A stretch of 64,000 nt of DNA from NCBI GenBank assembly GCA_002633005.1, contig NMRA01000469.1, positions 173,573-237,572 of the forward strand, given 5' to 3'. Of this stretch, positions 56,581-64,000 are shown in pieces. Made by a program: the position numbers and the translations under genes. The notes below the pieces were generated by a model that saw only the letters and a program-made list of their open reading frames with translations, was not told the origin of the DNA and did no database searches. Position 1 is the stretch's first letter. Each line of letters opens with the position of its first letter. The stretch is from Phoronis australis. Lineage: Eukaryota; Animalia; Phoronida.

Positions 56581-59500
56581 CTTTAACAGAGTGAACATGA
56601 TTTTGTAATGAGACAAAATAGTGTGTGACGAAATGCAATATACAACACTGTGAAACTGAACACAATATGCAATGAAATATAATCTACAGCAAAACGCAAT
56701 ATGAGCAGGCAGTGTTGCCTAGTTGATAAGTGCCCGTTTTCTTTACTCGAGGTCGTGGGTTTAAGTCCCACCAGGTCACCCAGCTAAACCCTTGAGCCAG
56801 GTTTCTAGCTCCTCAGCTCGGTTTTAACCATATATTAGTAAAGCATAAAAATGGTTCCAGGTGATCAGGGCAAAGGGCCGACATGCGAGGCCACCACACG
56901 TCTGGTACAATGTAAATCATAATGCTTGCAATTATTTTTTTAATATAAAAACGCAATGTGACCATACACAACATGCAATGAAACATAACAGGGAAAGAAT
57001 TGATGTACAATAATATTAAAATTAAAACATTAAAATTTGATACCAATAACAATGTTAAAAGGACGCTTTGCTACTGACTGTTTAGCTGTCAAATTAAAGA
57101 AGCAGTCTATGGTTTAAGCACACCACCTTCATCTGATAGAATAAACAAATTAAAGTAAAACGCACCTTCTATATAAAAGTTTTGATTTTGACAACATATC
57201 GTTTTAAAACTGACCCTAATTATTGATCGACAGAAGGTATTCCTGGGAGTGGAAAGAACCAAAAGGTTTATGGATGGCAAAATATGCTGGTGTCTAGATC
57301 AATGCTGGAGTACTATATGGTTCATTGCAATGGCCAAAATATGCTGGTGTCTAGATCAATGCTAGAGTAATATATGGTACATTGCAATGGCCAAATTTGC
57401 TTTCACCACATGAAATATGACCAACAAAATGGACTCAAGGAATGCTAGACAGTATTCTGTACACTGCATTGGTCATTTTTGTTTTCAGTACAGGCCAAAT
57501 AGACTCACAGTACACTTATTGGAAGACTGTATTGGCCATTTTGCTTCCAGCAATAATAAACTTTCGCTTCCATACAAGTCTAGAATCATGTTCTTTGCAA
57601 AACTGAGAATACAAAAGTAGCAGTTAAGAAGTAGAAATTTCAAGAAAAGTAGGACAACGTAAAAAACAGGAATACGTCTTAGAAGTAGGAATCGGGAGGC
57701 TTGTTTGTTTCTCAAAAATACTAAACGTGAGAATGGGAAAACGAAAGTGTAGAAATTAGGTGTTGGTAAAATGGCAAATTTGAATTGATTAATTAGAAAC
57801 TTATCACCTTAGATTTTTCACATAAACTAAATGTATTTCACAACGATCCCAACAACAATACATAACTGCCATCTAGTGAAACATTGTGAAGGTACTGTGA
57901 TCTTGAAACTTGCATGCTTTTGAGAAACTCAAATTACATAACATTTTTATGTGACAGTTAAAATAGCTCAAGTCAGTGAACCCCTAATTTTTTTATTTAA
58001 TTCAGAAAAAAACAAGGGCCATCAATTTGAAATAAGACACCCATCCAAAAAAATTTAACTACATAACTTTTTGTGTAGACGCCAAAAGACTAAAATTTGA
58101 ATTACTCAAAATCCAGAAAAATTACTTAGCACGCAGACGTAAGAAAAAACAGGAAACATAATTAAAGCCATTAAAACATTAAACTGACATTATGCAATGA
58201 AATTAATGTTTTCAAAAAGTGTGAACTGGTAAAATTAATTACCAGTGTAAATTTTGAATATTAAACAGATATGCTTAAGCTCAGTTGTTTGCTAGCAGAA
58301 AAACTAATTATGTGACCCTCACTTTGTTTTGCAGATTTATAAAAGGCAAGGTTAAAATAAAACTGTGGAACCCTTTAAATAACATAACATACTTAGCTTT
58401 GAATACACTACACTTACATGTTATGAGAACAACACATGAATCTGCACAACATCATTTGTTTGAAAATAGGACTTACAAAATGTTGTTGTCAGTATCAAAT
58501 TCATTGAGGAGCACGGCGTTGTATGAGTAGTAGACAAATGAGAGGTACTTTATCCATGAGAACCAGTCTGGCAGGTTCTTTGTGTAATAACCCCCTGAAA
58601 CAGATTGGTGGAATATGTCAAATATGGCTGAATGAAGAACCTGGTACTTGCAATTAGTAATTATAATACCGTTTCTCCAAGATAGTTCTCTTTAAGGTGT
58701 AGCTTGTCGATAATTTAAATGACCAACAGGGATGATATTTTATTAACAAATGTCCAAAATCAACTACACAAATTCCAAATTCCTTCAAAACAACAAGTGC
58801 TGAATCCATACTGCACGCAACAGACCTGTTAACACTTTGTACATGTACTAGAGACACACTGCACACAACTGACCTATTAACACTGTGTACATGTACTAGA
58901 GACACACTGCACACAACAGACCTATTAACACTGTGTTGATGTACTGCACACACTGTGGCTACACACAACGGATGTGTTAACACTGTGTACAAGTACTGCA
59001 GACACACTGCACACTACAGACCTATTAACAATGTGTTCATGTACTAGAGACACACTGCACACAACAGACCTATTAACACTGTGTTCATGTACTAGAGACA
59101 CACTGCACACAACAGACCTATTAACACTGCGTTGATGTACTGCACACACTGTGGCTACACACAACGGCTGTGTTATCACTGTACAAGTACTGCAGACACA
59201 CTGCACACTACAGACCTATTAACACTGGGTTCATGTACTAGAGACACACTGCACACTACAGACCTATTAACAGTGTGTTCACGTACTGCAGACATACTGC
59301 ACACAACAGACCTGCTAACATAAAGGACAACATAGCCACCGCAGCACACGTTATAGCTGTCTTCAGATCACTCGTTGAAGCACCGATGAAGAAGCCAAAA
59401 CTCTACAAACATGAATAAGCTCCAGTAAGACAACATGGTTACTAAGCAGCAGAATTTATACAACAATAACCACACACTTTTGTAAATAGTCTACTGACTA

Positions 59501-62500
59501 TCATCACAAGAGCTTACAGTAACTGCTCCAGATCTTTGGGACAAAAAAGCATTAATTATGTAAAAAAGTGGGGGTGTTTGAAATATGCACAATGAACACA
59601 ATATTTGTAAGTCGATGTGCAAAAGATGTGTGAAATGACAATAAGCAGTAGCTATAGAATGAATTTTGTAGATTGGTCGACCTCCAACGTTGACACTAAC
59701 AAAACAAATACAGTACAAAGGTGGGAGAATGTCAGGCTTTCTCATGTAAAAGCATGGTTTAAAATTGCATGTAAATAGAAAAAATTGGCATATTAAGGGA
59801 TATTGTGAATAGCATGATAATTTTAAGCACACTCACAAATGTCTAACAACTTGTGTAACATGTGGAGCACCATTAGAAGGATGTCAGCGCACATATCACT
59901 ATTCTCAATCTAGACATATCACTAACAGTAAACAGTGTACCACCGTGCCAAAAGGGTTCCTTTGTCACAACCACCCAACTATCAACAACCACTTATCGGA
60001 ATACTACAGCGCGCCCTTTTGTTTCTGTGTCACATAACAAGAACACTATGCATCCGTGGAGCACTTGACGCACAGTAGTACATTGCTTCATGCTAATTAC
60101 TATTTTACATTGAAATTAGCTTCTTATTTCTCATTCAGATGTGAATAAAGTTTTTTAGGCCCATTCACATACACATTAAAAATCTGTGAAAGTAACTACT
60201 TGAAAAGTCTTCCGACAAGCAATGTATAATCAAAAGCTAAATACCTAACAGGGATTCTAAGGTAATCCAATCTGTCTAATGTCTGACTGATGCCAGCACA
60301 TCCCAGCTGTAAAAATCCTTGTATTGAGTCTCATCAAGTCTGTCAACAAGCTGCTCGTTTGTTGAGTACTTTAAAATGGCTCGACAGGTTTAAACAATCA
60401 TTATCAACTGACAAGCAAGACCTTGTCAAGGGGTGCCACTGTAGTCGAAAACCTCCGAAAATCAACTGGGGCAGGCACATGTTTGCACTAGATTTGATCA
60501 TCATATGTCAAGCAGCTTCTGGGATAATCCACAGACACGCAAAGTTATCAGATGATGGATGGATGGATGATGTATGTTGACTATGTGTGACCACAGAACA
60601 GTTGGTGGGCAATTTAAAAATGGCTACAAAGCATATGTTATATTAAAAGGACTCCTAACTCGGTTTTGGCCAATTAACCGATACTAAAAACAACTTTCTC
60701 ATCCAGCTCTCTGAAACAAAGCAATGCTCTGTACCCCTTGACAACCCTAAAAAATTTGGGAGGAACTTGAACATGCACCCCTTTCAAAATCTGCTAAACA
60801 GGCAAGCATGAAATCTTCATAACAGGGTTCAGTATCCTTATAAGTTAATACCCTTATGGGTCAAAAGACTTAATGCCACCAGACCCAATTAAGCAACACA
60901 TCCCTATACAGACAGGGAATCCGAGTATCTCAGGATAACACATCCTTCCCTATACAGACAGGGAATCCGCGTCTCACGGATAACACATCCCTCCCTATAC
61001 AGACAGGGAATCCGAGTATCTCAGGATAACACATCCCTCCCTATACAGACAGGGAATCCGAGTATCTCAGGATAACACATCCCTCCCTATACAGACACGG
61101 AATCAACGTGTCTCAGGGATAACACATCCCTCCCTATATACAGACGGGGAATCTGCTCTCTCTGAGGCAACACACAGGATCTCCAGCACAACACATGCCT
61201 ATGCACATAAGGAATGGCAGTATTTCTGAGACAATTGTTGAAGGTTACCTGAGCTGTAAGACATGTTGTTAGAACAACAAACCATGTCAAGAAATAAGCA
61301 GATACGTGTGTGTTGAGATTAGCCATCCAGTAGACGATAGTCAGGTTGACAGTTGGCATGATGACCATTATTGGCAGCTCACTCAGCATTTTAGCCAGGT
61401 AAAATGAGGACAGTCGGTAGGCACCAGATGCTCGCTCCTTGTTAGTCACTGCACGCTCATCAGGGACTGAAACAAGTAACGTACATTGAAGTCAAAATTA
61501 CAGCACATATAAACTTCAAAATTTGGTAACAGTGATTATACATTCTGTTCAGTAGATTCACAGGTCCTGAACACAGGTTTTGATCTCTGTGGCTGAAGAG
61601 TACAGACCAACATGAGTGACACAGAATGTAAGGTGACCACTAAAATACACTTTAGCAAAGTGTGAGAGGTGATGAGCACTGCCAGCACACTTACATGACT
61701 GTATGGCATCAATCATAGGGTTGAAGCCCCAATAGACGATAGTGAAGAACATCTGTAACAGAAACAACACAATGCATCATCACAGCACATGAAACACTTA
61801 TAACTACAAAATTCAACTAACCAGTGACTTCTGTGCTAACAGTCACTTACAGGGGTCCTGCACTTTGCAAAGCAGTTTGATGTAATATATGTTATTCACT
61901 GGTGAAAACTGGTTCTCTAAATGCAGGACCCCTGTAACAGTGTGATGCATGCACATACACTTAGGACTAAAATTCATAAATTAGCAGTCCACAAATACTC
62001 GACAATTTGAAACTTTAACGATATCAGGTGTTTTGAAGGAGCTGCGCACAATAACAACAGTTTTCATGTCTTTTAACACTGTTGTGAATACCTACAATTT
62101 TCCAAAGTAGTTTCTGTGCTTATGGTACACAAATTGAACATGGCATTAATTTAATGCTACGACGTATCTTTTATATAAAATTAGACAACAGCATTTTGCA
62201 TTCAAAATTTGACTGTGCGCAACTCTTCCTACATGTCTCAAGGCATTTTAATACTTTCAAAAGTATTACTACGAAGTGCATATCAGAGTAAGCAGACAGA
62301 AACCACAACAATACGAACCCACATAAGTAGGCATATAAAAAAATGTCTGTCAATAGAAGTGAAAAGTAAAGCAGTTACATTATGCGTTAGATCAAGGAGA
62401 ATGATATTCATGCGCATACCCAGCCTTCAATATGGGGGGCTCGAATTCCCAACGTTGTGGAACTTTTGGTAACAAAATAGCTGGCGGACTAAAAAAAACA

Positions 62501-63845
62501 GGCACACCACTGTGAACTGCGCGTTTGTGCTTGTTTAGTGCACTTTTGTCTCATTTTCTCAGACTTTTTGTTTCTCACAGGCAGACCTTTTTGCCCACTG
62601 GGTGCGCGCACGATATTAATCAACATACCACACCCATCCTATCATTCAGTGTTATCTCAGATCTTGGTAGTTGGAACCACAAGAGACCAACTACAACAGC
62701 CAGGACAAAAGACTGGGATATTTGGAGTTTGGAGAGAATTCTTGGACGAGACTGCTTGAACGTTCTCATAGTAAGTACTGTCAACTGAGTAAAGAAAGAG
62801 ACTGGCCACTTGCCATCGAAGTGGTACGAGCTTTCATTATGCGGCAGGAATGATACTCGACTTTCTGTAAAGAGACTCCAGCCTTTGACTTGGAATGCCA
62901 CAGGTAGAATACGCTAAAAAGCACAGGTGCCCGAAAGGTAATAATCCACCATCTCGATGCAGCCTCTGCTGCTGCTGCTATGTAACACATGATTACACTG
63001 AAGAAACAGAGTTGGATATTTTTAGAAATATTGCATTTTGAGCACCTGTGCTTGAAGGCAACAAAGTTTATTTATTACTGCGACTAATTCTACAATTACT
63101 GCAAAAGTACTGTACAATTGTATTAAAAAGAATGCAGATTTTAGTATTGCATGTCTAAAACAATTATTGCTGTCGTGTCCTCAGTGGGAAAATTTAATTG
63201 TCAATAAAACTTGTGCAGACAAACAGAGAAGCCAACATGGAATAGGACTGTCCTGGATTACACTGCAACACTCTAATTCAATGTCACAGTATTTATCCAT
63301 AATGTTGCAACATCCATCAAGCACCTAATATTGGTCTTGTTTTCATGCCAATGTCAACAAAATATTATTGCTGTCAATTGTAAACCAAATAGAATCCCCT
63401 TTCTTGAAGACACCTGTTTAATTTCTGTACTTTTAAGCAGGTTGAAATCGAGAATATTTCCATGGCCATACACCTCGACGGTTTCGGACATGACCTGTAA
63501 TAATGTGCCTGACATTCCAAAATGAGGCCAATGAAAACAACGCTCTTTTGTACCTTGGGACAAAGGGGAGTACTGTCGCTCAGTGTAGTCCCGTAGATCA
63601 TCCTCCAGGTAAAGTTACCAAGTGACTACAAACCATTTATTAGAACATTTTATGAACAGAGATTACTTAAACTCTAACCTTTATTGTCATCCATGTGCAT
63701 AACAACATCTCCATTCAGCGTGTCCATCATTTCATTGCCATAGCAACCATCACTCAGTTGCACCTTTATCTCATTTGCCTCCATACTTGATAAGCTCACG
63801 CTAGACTGTGACTGCTTTATCAGATTGAAATTGCTGTCTTTCAAC
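56379..63845 (-). CDS. ABCG: ABC transporter subfamily G half-transporter, 3' portion (linker plus ABC2 membrane domain); ATP-binding exons lie beyond the window
   Basis: In-phase exons 63679-63845, 62629-62864, 61695-61752, 61249-61466, 59312-59402, 58477-58594, 56379-56580. Motifs KWPVSFFTQLTVLTMRTF, FPDERAVTNKERASGAYRLSSFYLAK, GGYYTKNLPDWFSWIKYLS. Confidence 0.9.
56707..56800 (+). mobile_element. tRNA-derived SINE-like fragment
   Basis: GGCAGTGTTGCCTAGTTGATAAG ... GGGTTTAAGTCCC; degenerate A and B boxes. Confidence 0.5.
57273..57395. repeat. ~57-bp direct duplication
   Basis: ATGG(C)CAAAATATGCTGGTGTCTAGATCAATGCT, twice. Confidence 0.85.
58477..58594 (-). CDS. ABCG: ABCG exon
   Basis: GGYYTKNLPDWFSWIKYLSFVYYSYNAVLLNEFDTDNNI. 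Confidence 0.9.
58808..59320. repeat. 48-bp minisatellite with higher-order structure, ~10 units
   Basis: ACACAACAGACCTATTAACACTGTGTTCATGTACTAGAGACACACTGC; a variant unit recurs at ~58961 and ~59159. Confidence 0.92.
59312..59402 (-). CDS. ABCG: ABCG exon
   Basis: SFGFFIGASTSDLKTAITCAAVAMLSFMLA. Confidence 0.87.
60895..61178. repeat. ~46-bp minisatellite, ~6 copies
   Basis: ATAACACATCCCTCCCTATACAGACAGGGAATCCGAGTATCTCAGG. Confidence 0.92.
61249..61466 (-). CDS. ABCG: ABCG exon
   Basis: FPDERAVTNKERASGAYRLSSFYLAKMLSELP...LTAQ. Confidence 0.92.
61695..61752 (-). CDS. ABCG: ABCG exon
   Basis: MFFTIVYWGFNPMIDAIQS; AG/GTAAGT. Confidence 0.85.
61847..61937. mobile_element. 91-bp mini-MITE or hairpin
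   Basis: Perfect 16-bp inverted repeat TTACAGGGGTCCTGCA / TGCAGGACCCCTGTAA. Confidence 0.65.
62629..62864 (-). CDS. ABCG: ABCG exon (start of TMD)
   Basis: ESRVSFLP...KWPVSFFTQLTVLTMRTFKQ...VVVGLLWFQLPRSEITLNDRMGV. Confidence 0.88.
63679..63845 (-). CDS. ABCG: ABCG linker exon (putative)
   Basis: Open frame LKDSNFNLIKQ...MDDNK with AG/GTTAG sites; phase matches the next exon; sequence is poorly conserved. Confidence 0.65.
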
Positions 63846-64000
63846 CTGCATTTAACAACAAAGCCATGTGTACTACAATTGACACACAATTTCTGTGTTT
63901 CCTTAGCAAAAGTTTAATTTTTAAGTCACAATGAGCGCAGTTTTCATCCTTTTGTATTTATTCCACATGTAACGCCAACACACGAAGCTTGAATGGGAAG

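Noticed and set aside
62865-63000. Upstream alternative acceptors for the ABCG exon (CAG-rich tract)
   Set aside because: The acceptors checked give a stop or the wrong frame relative to the phase-1 upstream exon; 62864 fits.

Overview
Intron-rich, AT-rich animal genomic DNA; an invertebrate is inferred from the repeat types, but the species cannot be determined. I reconstructed three genes by hand from GT-AG junctions and exon phases. (1) Gene A is a complete GH47 class I alpha-1,2-mannosidase (MAN1A-like) on the minus strand, 22880->2134, with 10 coding exons and about 646 aa. (2) Gene B is a divergent GH47 paralog, head-to-head on the plus strand, 23672->47779, with 11 coding exons and about 579 aa; its ATG is 791 bp from that of gene A. 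Its exons 2-4 appear twice in a block joined by a single N, most likely two uncollapsed haplotypes. (3) The 3' part (linker plus transmembrane domain) of an ABCG half-transporter lies on the minus strand, 63845->56379. Introns hold MITEs (TA, 3-, 5- and 8-bp TSDs), tRNA-derived SINE-like heads, minisatellites and a 5'-truncated LINE with an 11-bp TSD. The most notable observation is a dispersed Helentron/HINE-like repeat built from ~135-bp units that each carry a CTCF-consensus-like motif; two copies point convergently across the shared mannosidase promoter. Two tandem repeats also appear to have grown out of exon/splice-donor junctions.
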